Below are positions 1-9,257 of a stretch of DNA of 35,359 nt, one piece after another. A program made the translations under genes and the position numbers. Positions within the stretch are counted from its first letter, which is position 1; every line of letters begins with the position of its first letter. The notes under the pieces were generated by a model. The model saw nothing but the letters and a program-made list of their open reading frames with translations, was not told the origin of the DNA and did not search any database. Origin of the DNA: Psammoneis japonica (lineage: Eukaryota); contig QPGO01000383.1 of the NCBI GenBank assembly GCA_008632985.1, forward strand, positions 1 through 35,359. The letters run 5' to 3'.

Positions 1-750
1 TGCATGCGCAGCAGCTTCTTGGGGTGAAAACAACGTCGCCGGTGGAAGTGCGCTCATGCTGGTGACAAAGCCAAGAAAATGGCGAGCACCAGCGGCGCTG
101 AGCTTTCAAAAGTTTTGCTGCTCCTTCACCCGATGTGCACGGCAGAAGCACATGGGAGACCATGTTGTTCAGCAATGGAGGAGAGTGCCCATTGGGTGGG
201 CTTGATGGCCGGCATCCCTGACAGCTGGGTGACACCATGCCATCCTGATGCCCCCCCCCCCCCCCCCACACCCCGAACAAAACGAAGAGGGGCTCTCTCT
301 CGCAAAAAGAAAAAAGAGAGGGAGAGAGAGTGCAAGACCCATCAAAAAGAAGGGTCTTGTTGAAGACACCCATGAAGAAAAGGAGTCAAAATGTGCGCAG
401 CATGAAGCAGCAGTGAAAAGAAAAATGTGAGTGCAGAAAAATGCAAGAAACTGAGATTCCAGCCAGAGAGCGCGGTCACCTCGGCTGAGATGCGCTGCAC
501 ACTGCACGCGTGCAGCTTCTCCTTGGGGTGAAACAACGTCAACGTAGAACACCACACGTCTTGCACCAATGAAAATTATGGCGCGACTTGTTGATGGTGT
601 CAGCATGGCAAAGCGCAGCTGTTGTTTGTTTGCGGATGCCCTTCCGCGTTGTGCATGCCCACCAATGAGTAACTCGACTAGTTTTTGGGCCCGCCCGTCC
701 GCCGTCACACCGAGACGGCAGGGGTGTCAATTTTCAATGTTTTTCTTCAT
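1..750. repeat. TpA-depleted degenerate repeat-derived sequence (unclassified, truncated by window start)
   Basis: No TA dinucleotide seen in 1-540 although CpG is common. Imperfect direct repeat gcagcttct..ttggggtgaaa(a)caacgtc at ~11-37 and ~512-540. Poly-C at ~251-268. Normal TA content resumes at ~755. Confidence 0.55.
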
Positions 751-1089
751 CACTTAAGAGTAATATAGAGGTTATACCATATATTCGTGCATTTACACAA
801 ATGGTATGTTTTTGAAATTTTGGCTGGTCACTCCTATTGCCAGAAATTTTTAGTATTGAAATTTCTTCATGACATCATGCCAATCATCGTATGAATACCC
901 TCAGGTATGGAGTATTACAAATCAATTGATTACGTTCTCAACGGACCTCAACCTCCACCGCACCTGGTGGCGTCGCTGATGATGGTCTGAACTCACGATC
1001 ATGCACACAAATGGCGTGTGGGTGTTCTCGTTTGTAGAGGAAGCGGCCATTGTCGTTGGTTACTGGTAACCGCATAGAGGAGGGATATA

Positions 1090-3128
1090 ATGAAGAGGCA
1101 AAGCAGTGGTGGTAACAGAGAGGCGAGAGGATCCGATCCTATTCCTACTTCTGTTTCTGTTAGGACCTTTGTTTTGAGTGCAGCTGTATGCGCATTGTTC
1201 AGTTTTGCGGTTGGGTATTCGTTGGATCCGCTCTTGACATGCTACGAACAATTCTTGCAGCAGAGACGAGAGGCTTCAGAAGAGATTCAGTACATTCGAG
1301 AGCAGGACGAAACGTTTGGTGAACAATGCGGATCAGCCTATCATCCCATTTCCTTTTTTCGGAAAAAGTCTCAAGCTCCACCCACAAAGTACTCGTCCAA
1401 GACATTTTATGGCAATGACAACGATCAGTGCTCGACTACGTTTGATATGAGTCCCAACACAAGCAAGGGATTTTCGAAAAAGATGCTTTCCTCAGGAGGT
1501 CACTTGTTGGTGGATATGAGAGGCGTCGACGGAGACTTTTTAGATTCGTCCTCGAGGTTGGGCCATGCAATCGTGACGACTGCTAGGGAATCTTCGCTTA
1601 ACATGCTGTCCTTTCACTGTCACCAAATGGTTCCGTGTGGAGTGAGCTGTATTGGATTAATGTCTGAGGGGTACATGTCCTTCCATACTTGGCCTGAAGA
1701 ACAAGTGATTACCTTTGATATGTTTGCGAGCGGGACGTTTGAGATTACTGACTTTATGCCCAGCATCGAACGGAACTTTGGGGTTTCCAGAAACGGACCA
1801 CCCACTGTCATTTGGGGACACAAGCTGAGGGGTCGCAAGGATGGTGTGAAAACGACCGACTTGACGAGGCGTATCCTAGGTTTTACTGGTGTGGATGTAA
1901 AGAAAGAGGTACACAATAATGTATTGCTGATTGTCTTTGCGAATTCTTGGTCTTTCCCGCGTTCTCTCATTCTCATCAACCGTCTGTACTTGTTCAGATT
2001 GCATCCTTTGAAACAGAACACCAAAAGATTCAAGTTCATGACGTGGTTAAGAAGGACCTTGCCAACATTATGGCGGACTCGCACGAAACCAATCGTATTT
2101 TGCACTTGAACGGAGCCATCCAGTCGTCCCTGCCGTCGTTTTACGAGGCATTGGTACACCCCGCCATGTTTTCTCACGCGAATCCCCAACGCGTTGTGAT
2201 TGCCGGTGGTGGGTATGGTTCGGCCCTTCGTGAGGTACTCAAGCACAGTTCTGTCAAGAGTGCAACCATGATTGAATTGGACGAGCATGTGGTGGACGTT
2301 ACGAAGGAATTCCTCCCGGAATTGCATGATTGCACAGATCTTGTCGGAGTTGCAGATGTTTGTCTTGACGATCCAAAGGCTACAGTACAATACGAAGATG
2401 CAGAGGCTTGGTTTGTGAACCGATACGCCAACAAAAACAACATCCTGGGGGATCTTTTGGATGTCGTCATTATTAACTCAATGTATGTCGAATTTCACAG
2501 CTTGCAATTGATAAGTCGATTCAACGAACCTTGAGACTCAACCCAGCGCTACCCGTTCTCTCTTACTCTTCTAAACTACAGCGATCCCCATGTTGATTTG
2601 CCCTCAAGCGATCAACTTCACGTCCACGCAAAGTTTGTTCAGTCCCTGTACAATTCGCTTTCGGACGATGGAATTGTCGTTATGCTCATGGGGAAAGCCC
2701 CCGAGGTTACCGATGCTCCAAACACTCCACCCATCAAACACCGTGGCATCATGACACGTATGCTTCAACAGGCAGGCTTTGGCGGAACAGTCGCATATGA
2801 AGAGACACACGGCGGTTTTAACGGACCGCGTAGTTTTCTCGTGGCATTCAAGAGCGAAACGTCCCGCAACCACTGGCTTGCCAGTGAGGCAGTCAAGGAA
2901 CACGACATGATTTCACGGGCGGTACCGACGGCATCTGGAGAATCGCCGTTTCGATACTATGATGGGGCAATCATGACGTCGTACCAACGACAAGAACAAG
3001 ATGATGATGAGGCTACAAACTGTATTGGGAAAGACGAGCTCGTCAGCTATCTGGAAAAGGCCAAGAGTCCAGAGGACTGGTCACGGCAATTGTCGCAGCT
3101 TCCTGCAATATGTAAGGAAACCAAATGA
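1090..3128 (+). CDS. S-adenosylmethionine decarboxylase-like / spermidine synthase-like fusion (diatom long-chain polyamine synthase type). Exons 1090-1908, 1998-2482, 2582-3128; ~616 aa
   Basis: N-terminal hydrophobic anchor FVLSAAVCALFSFAVGYSL. Class-1b AdoMetDC motifs GHLLVD...SFHTWPE..ITFDMF. Aminopropyltransferase motifs EALVHPAM.SH.NP.RV.I.GGG.G..LREVLKH, IELDE.VV and DVVIINSIDP (across intron 2). GT-AG introns 1909-1997 and 2483-2581 join the three ORFs in frame. Confidence 0.88.
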
Positions 3129-3850
3129 AATCAAGTCAGAACTTTAGAGAGCGACGGGTCGAAGAGGGAGATTCTTTCATAATCTACGCACCCTTATTTG
3201 TCGCATCCATGGGGGAACAATATATGCACTTACCCCCATTGCTGTATCGTATTATTTGTATAAATTGTGGTTACAAAACACTACGTCTGAGTCTGTCTCC
3301 GTTTCAAATAATCCTCTACTTGACTCGTTCTCTTGTAGCCCAATAAAGTACCAAGATAATCTTTCTGACACCCGTGGAGAAGCTACAATAATTTTTAACT
3401 GAACAACGGAATTCGTCTGCCTTTCTAATCCAATGCATTTCACAGACTTGCTTTTTGTCTTCATGCACCCACTATCTCGATAGAGTAGATGTTAGAATCC
3501 AGAGCAAGTTTCATTTCTACAACATTTTTCTCTTGCTTTGCTCTTTCTCTAGAGTAGAGCTTTCGTCTGCAATAAAGTCGATGTCTGTCAATGGTACCAG
3601 TGAAAACGTATAAAACAAACCTCAAGAGCAATAAGAGCGCACAATACGTGAACCCGAAGCGGCGCTGAATTTCGACTGTAACGTTACGGTACCGTAGCAA
3701 TCTAGAGTTATTCATCAAATCGCAGATAGCAAAAGAGAAAAACTACAACAGAAAGGCTTCATAAGACAACAGAACATTCTCGTAACTCCATTTCTATGAA
3801 ACATAAACTAATCTTTATTCTTACTCCCAATTATTCTCACGCCATGAACG

Positions 3851-6112
3851 TCATGGCATGGCATCCAGTGCCATGAGAACGTGTCCAAAGGTTGGTCGTT
3901 TTGAAGGATCCTGGTTCAGGCACGCCGTAATCAAGGCTGCCAGCGCTTCGGGACACCAGTCGGGTATCGGTGGACGATGGTTTCGATTCAACACCGCCAG
4001 AGCACACTGAATGGCACTCATGCCATCGTAGGGACACTCTCCCGTGAGAAGTTCCCACAGTATAATACCAAACGAATAGACATCAGCCGGTTCGGCATAA
4101 TGCTGATTGGCCAAGACTTCGGGTGCCATCCATTGGACCGTTCCACAATTTCCAGTCATGCTGTTGGTTTGATGAGCTTTGAGTCGCGAAAGACCAAAGT
4201 CACAAACCTTGGTTGTATACGCATCATCCAATAAAAGATTGGCCGATTTCAAGTCGCGGTGTAGCACGGGTGGCGTTCCGCTGTGCAGATACGTCATGCC
4301 CCGTGCCGCTCCACACGCCACCCGCTTGACCAAGGCCCACGGCCACGTGCCTTGTGGAGGAATACCCCGTGCTCTAGGCCATTGACTGGTATCCAAACCA
4401 TTGCACGGTTCAAAGGGTGGTTGCAGCGGCAAGCGCAGCGCGTCCCAGAGTGACCCATTGGCAGCCAACTCGGTCACAATGGCACGATTCGGTGGTTCCA
4501 AACACGCTCCCATGTAGAGACAAATGTTGGGATGACGCATTCCCTTGAGCATATTGATTTCAGCCGCAAATTCCTCGAGAATGGATTTGAGTTCCACTTG
4601 CGCCGACGCCACCTTGACGGCAACCGGCGTCCCTCTCCACGTCGCCTCCCACACTTGACCAAAGCCACCACCGCCAATAACTCGCACGAGTTGAAGCTCA
4701 TCAAAGCGAATCGAACCGCGCAACGACGATCCAGCGTCGGTAGCGAGCGTCAAGTCCTTGCGCTTGTGTACGATATTGTTGCGGGGACCCGGCGAGGCCG
4801 CCTTGGCGGCCTCGGCAATCAGGGCGTCATTCTTTTGCTTGAGCAGCGGGTCCTTGGGAGAATACGCCATGTCTCCCGATTCCATTCGGGCAATCACCAA
4901 ATCATCATCGTGATGATGTTCACTGAGATTGGGCAAAAACGGAAGTATCTGTTGTTGCGGTTGTTGCTGCTGCTGTTGTTGTTGATCTCTTGGTGGCTGT
5001 TGTTGTGATACCGTAAAGGGCACAGCGGTATCAATCAACTCTTGTGGTAGAGCAACGCTCCGTCGTCGTCGTCCAGCCTTGGGTGTCACAAAGTCTTCAG
5101 ATAAGAAATCAATTTCTTGTTGTTGCTGCGAGGCTGCACTCAAATCACTGCCTTGCTGTCGAATGTACGGTAGCATCACTGGTGCTGCGCTGTTGTGATT
5201 GTCCAAGGCGCTCAAATCACTACCTTGTGGTCGAATGTACGGTAGCATTACTGGTGCGGCACTGTTGTTGTTGTTGTTATGATTGTCCAAGGACGACTCG
5301 TCATTGTCGGTGGGGAGCGAACAAAAGGATGACACGGGTGACAGTGTCAGGGCGGTTTTCCCCCGCACCAATTGCGGTGAAACATTGGAAGCTTCAAATC
5401 CCTCCAAACCACTGGCCGCCACAACGACCGCACGCTTATTGCTGGCAGCCAGCGGTGGTGACTTTGCAGACGAAGGTGAGGATGCACCAAAGGCCTTGTT
5501 TGCGGCGGCAGCATTGGGATTGTTGCCCGACACATTGTGATGATAGTACGGCCGACTGTTGATGATAACAGGACTTTTCTTCGTGGTGGCATTCATGTCA
5601 ATTCCATCGCTCGCGCTCACCTTGCGATGACGATGTTGTTGCTGTTGAAAGCGAGGTGGATAATAGAGGGTGGATGATGTTGCTTCTGTGTCGGCGTTGT
5701 AGTTCAAGTGCACAACTTCTTCGTCCCTCGTCCACTCGTCCGTTTTCTTCTTTTTCTTCTTATGCAAATACGTCACTTTTTGGTGCTGTTGGTCGTTGTT
5801 GTCCGACATGAGTTGCAAAAACAGAGCCAACAACAAACCCAACACACATACCAACGCCATGGCGGACACTTGCCACGGTCCTTGTGACGTATTCGTAGCA
5901 GCAGCCTCTTGTTCCATCCAGTATTCTTCTTCGGGAGATCGTTTGCGCCGGACGTGAGGCTTGTTTATGGTACGATCAAACAGCGGATGACGACGAAACA
6001 AATCATCATCCGGGGCATGCCGTTCTTGAATACGTTTACGCACATTGCCATCACCCAAACCGGTAATGTAATGGGGTGCACGTATTCTTCTTCTTGACGT
6101 TGAACTTGCCAT
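3851..6112 (-). CDS. TKL-group (Raf/MAPKKK-like) Ser/Thr protein kinase with a single predicted TM helix
   Basis: GGGGFGQV, VAVK, HPNI, HRDLKSAN, DFG, GTVQWMAPE, DVYSFGIILWE. TM segment ALVCVLGLLLALFLQLM. Start placed at ATG 6112 (MASSTSRRR); upstream in-frame ATGs exist and the track start at 6529 is TTG. Confidence 0.9.
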   Translation of the reverse strand: MASSTSRRRIRAPHYITGLGDGNVRKRIQERHAPDDDLFRRHPLFDRTINKPHVRRKRSPEEEYWMEQEAAATNTSQGPWQVSAMALVCVLGLLLALFLQLMSDNNDQQHQKVTYLHKKKKKKTDEWTRDEEVVHLNYNADTEATSSTLYYPPRFQQQQHRHRKVSASDGIDMNATTKKSPVIINSRPYYHHNVSGNNPNAAAANKAFGASSPSSAKSPPLAASNKRAVVVAASGLEGFEASNVSPQLVRGKTALTLSPVSSFCSLPTDNDESSLDNHNNNNNSAAPVMLPYIRPQGSDLSALDNHNSAAPVMLPYIRQQGSDLSAASQQQQEIDFLSEDFVTPKAGRRRRSVALPQELIDTAVPFTVSQQQPPRDQQQQQQQQPQQQILPFLPNLSEHHHDDDLVIARMESGDMAYSPKDPLLKQKNDALIAEAAKAASPGPRNNIVHKRKDLTLATDAGSSLRGSIRFDELQLVRVIGGGGFGQVWEATWRGTPVAVKVASAQVELKSILEEFAAEINMLKGMRHPNICLYMGACLEPPNRAIVTELAANGSLWDALRLPLQPPFEPCNGLDTSQWPRARGIPPQGTWPWALVKRVACGAARGMTYLHSGTPPVLHRDLKSANLLLDDAYTTKVCDFGLSRLKAHQTNSMTGNCGTVQWMAPEVLANQHYAEPADVYSFGIILWELLTGECPYDGMSAIQCALAVLNRNHRPPIPDWCPEALAALITACLNQDPSKRPTFGHVLMALDAMP
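5136..5291 (-). repeat. Intragenic ~72-bp tandem duplication in the kinase linker
   Basis: Two copies encoding LDNHN..SAAPVMLPYIR[PQ]QGSDLSA. Confidence 0.85.
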
Positions 6113-6544
6113 GGTGCTCTGCCCATGGAGTGTGTTGTGTGTCTCGTGGGAATGGTTCGCAACTGCTACACACGACCTACCGTTTGTGTAGAAATTGGTA
6201 CAAATTCTACGACGAAAGCCTGGGCTTGACACCTCGAGACCGTAGATGTACGAAGGGTCACGTATTGTGACGTCATTGGCGAATCTGGTTGGACAAAAGC
6301 ACATTATTGCCCTGTGGTTTTGTATCAGGTCATACGTAGAAATCATGTAACGCTTCTTTACCCGTTGTCGAATCTGTGAAGCAGGATCACTGCTGCTGGC
6401 TGTCGGACAGGACTGACAGAAGGACTGACTGAATGACGAGTGGATAGATATAGATCCCGCGCCGCGGAGCGAGAGGTCGAGGCGAGAGCGGGCGGCGCAT
6501 GCAGTGGAATCTCTGGCACCTTGAGGCAATTCCCGAATTTCTGC

Positions 6545-8820
6545 TAAAAAACAAGTGAATCATCAGAAGACACAGGTGGGAAGATGGCAAGTGGATGGTG
6601 GGAGTGGGAGATTCCAGAGTCACAAAAAAGTGAACTCCAACACCTCCTGTTGTGTCATGCAGGCCCAGCTTCTTGAAAATGAGAGTGACATGCTGGCACA
6701 GCAGCTTTTGCAGCTCTTCTGTGCAGTTGCTTGAGACAGCTGTTTCTTGCTGCACCTTGAGAACAACAGCAGTTCTTCCCTCACACTGTGCAACCATGAT
6801 GCTTGTTTCTCCACCAACAACTCTGTCATGCATCGTCTCTGAAGCAACTGACACACCAGAGGCCAGCCAAGCAGTTGGCGGCCCTGCACTTCTCTGCTCT
6901 CTGCAGCAGCTCCACAATGGCTGACCTTGCACTGTGTGTGATTGATGAAAAAGCTTCTGTTTCCTGATCCACTGCTGCCCAATGGGAGGCTTGAGGGCAC
7001 TGGAATGACTCAACACAAAAAGTGTTGTGAGCTTTGTGGGGTTCTGGCCAAGATCAGGAGGAGAGCTTTGTTTTGATGCCAACCTCAAACACATGATCAG
7101 AAAGCTCAATTTGTGCCAATGATGGGGAGCACCCTTGCTGCACTTTCATCAGTCAGTCACTTGCTGGGCTTGTGCAAGGGCTGCAGCTGCATCTTGACTT
7201 TTTTGCACACACTCCAGAAGGAAGAGCCCACACAATGGCTTGAGCACTGGGCATCCTCATGGGCAACACTGTCACACACTTTCCACCTTTGTGTTTGAGA
7301 TTTCTCTGGTGTGACAGCTTCCATCATGTTGCAGACTCACTCGCCCATTGCGGGTTGATGCCAAGAAGCTTGGGGGCAAAAGAAAAGCACTCACACTGTC
7401 CCCTGCATGCCACAGCACTTGCTGGTGCCAGCTTTGCCACCCACAAGGAGCTTTCAGTCATGTGCAATGTGTGGCACTCTCCTCACAACAGCAGAAGGGG
7501 CAGTGGGATGTGCTCCTCATGCCACTGCTCAAATGGAACATTACGGCGCTGACTGCTCTGATGCTTCCCACCTCCAATCCTCGCCTTCAAAGACTTGGGG
7601 ACAAGCCAACTTTGCAGGGCTGACAGCAGCAACCTTGAGACAACTTCCTTTCCAACTCATCACACAGAGCTGGGCTGGTGCAACAAAGAAGTGCAAAGTT
7701 GACAAAACAGCAGGGACTCTCCCTTTGTGTGGTCAGTGGCACACAGTTGAGGAGGCACCAATCAGCATGAAAAGCCTTTTTGTGTGGCGCCCCAAGCACT
7801 TGCACAGAAGAAGTTTTTGCACACACAGCATCAGCTGGTGGGCTGGGCAGAATCTGTTTGCAACAAGCAGCACCTTTGTCCATGTCACCTTGCAGTGGAT
7901 TTTGTCAATGTGCTTGAAAGATGATGAAGGCCAAGGGCACAGTCTTTGCTGAGTGTTCCTTTTGGTGGAGACTGCATCTCCATGTGTCAGATCTCAAGGA
8001 GGAGTCATGCACACCAAAGCTTTTGTGGAAAAGAGCTGTGCCAGGCACTCAAATGACCATTTCCTCCAGAGGCTGGACAGCATCCAGTGGGAACAAGCCA
8101 CTCCCATGCATCAGTGCTGCACAATGCCAAAGGTTGAGAGCCCCATCCAGTGGCTGCACAGCACTGTGTTTTAACAAGGCAGAGTCTGACAAACTTCTTA
8201 GAAATTGGGCTGACCCACAGTTTGGAAAGAACTTGAAGCACTTTGGAAAATGGTTGCAGTTTGCTGGCTCCTCTTCCATCTCATTTGACAAGGCTGCACT
8301 GCACTTGCAAAGAAATCCTTCTGCCAGTCCTTTTCCTCTTGAGCATTTTTGTGCAATCTCCACATGTGTGTGCAGCAAAGGCTTTGTGCCTTTGTGCAAA
8401 GCTGGTGGGTCCTGCTCTGTTTGCTGCTGGCAGTTGTGCAACTGGGGTTGATTGTTTGTTGCCTGCCTCCAAGAGGTTCCCTTTGATTGAGAGTCTGGCT
8501 GTCCTCAAATGCAAGAACCTTTCATTTTGTCAACAAGAATTTGGTGCTCACATGAAATTTCAAATGATGGGTGGTCTCTGTTGCCTGAGCCAGCCTTCAA
8601 ATGTGCACTTTGCTGTGTGACAACAAACACTTGGAGTTGCCCATCTGTGGCCATTTATCCTGAAAATCATCTGTGCGCTGAGTTGTGAAGGACACACACT
8701 GGTTCTGGGTTTTTGATTTGGGGTGCTGGGCAAAGTGCTTTTGTGTGGCTCTTGCTCTCCACTCTGCTGTTGGCACTGAAATTTTTGGCAGAGCTGCACC
8801 TTGAAACCAGGTTTGGAAAA
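6545..8820 (-). mobile_element. Heavily mutated repeat/TE relic of unidentified family with a residual minus-strand reading frame
   Basis: About 4 TA and few CG in ~2.3 kb by manual scan. The minus-strand frame near 7050-7330 reads like protein interrupted only by TGA, which is compatible with CGA>TGA. Confidence 0.55.
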
Positions 8821-9257
8821 GTGTTACAGTGCTATCCGATGCAATGTACAATCTCACCAACTATCAAGACACCAAGAAAAACGCCGTTGCTTGCATCCAG
8901 ACATTGGCAGACTCGTTCTAATCAAGATTGTGGGATCGAAAGAAAGTTGACATTCGCATTTGCTCATTCAGCCACCTTATCAAAGTTCATCTTTTCTACT
9001 TTTCTATCGTAACATTCTTCATTCATGCAGTCGAAGTTGATGGCTATGTAGGGCCTGCTGTGCGCATCATAGCTTACATCAGTGCAGTCGCATTTTCATC
9101 CCTCCGGATCCACTGCTTTTAGCGATCTATGTTTTTTATTTTGAAATTTTGAACGTGTCACCCCTCAGAAATTCCCTCCGACAAATTCCGTGCTTGCGCC
9201 AGATCTTTTCATTTCGCTCTGCGGTCGCTGATCTTGCGAACATGAAGAGCGGTTATC

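Noticed and set aside
1620..2390. 256-aa antisense ORF
   Set aside because: Shadow of the plus-strand polyamine synthase gene.
4950..5010. Poly-Gln tracts in the kinase (and in PEX5)
   Set aside because: Ordinary low-complexity coding microsatellites.
6113..6529. N-terminal extension of the 892-aa kinase ORF
   Set aside because: Starts at TTG and looks like UTR/promoter; true start is more likely a downstream ATG.
6387..8860. Many overlapping Cys/His/Gln-rich ORFs (also 14300-20660 and 27300-31000)
   Set aside because: Artefact of TA loss, which removes TAA/TAG stops and Tyr codons; not genes.
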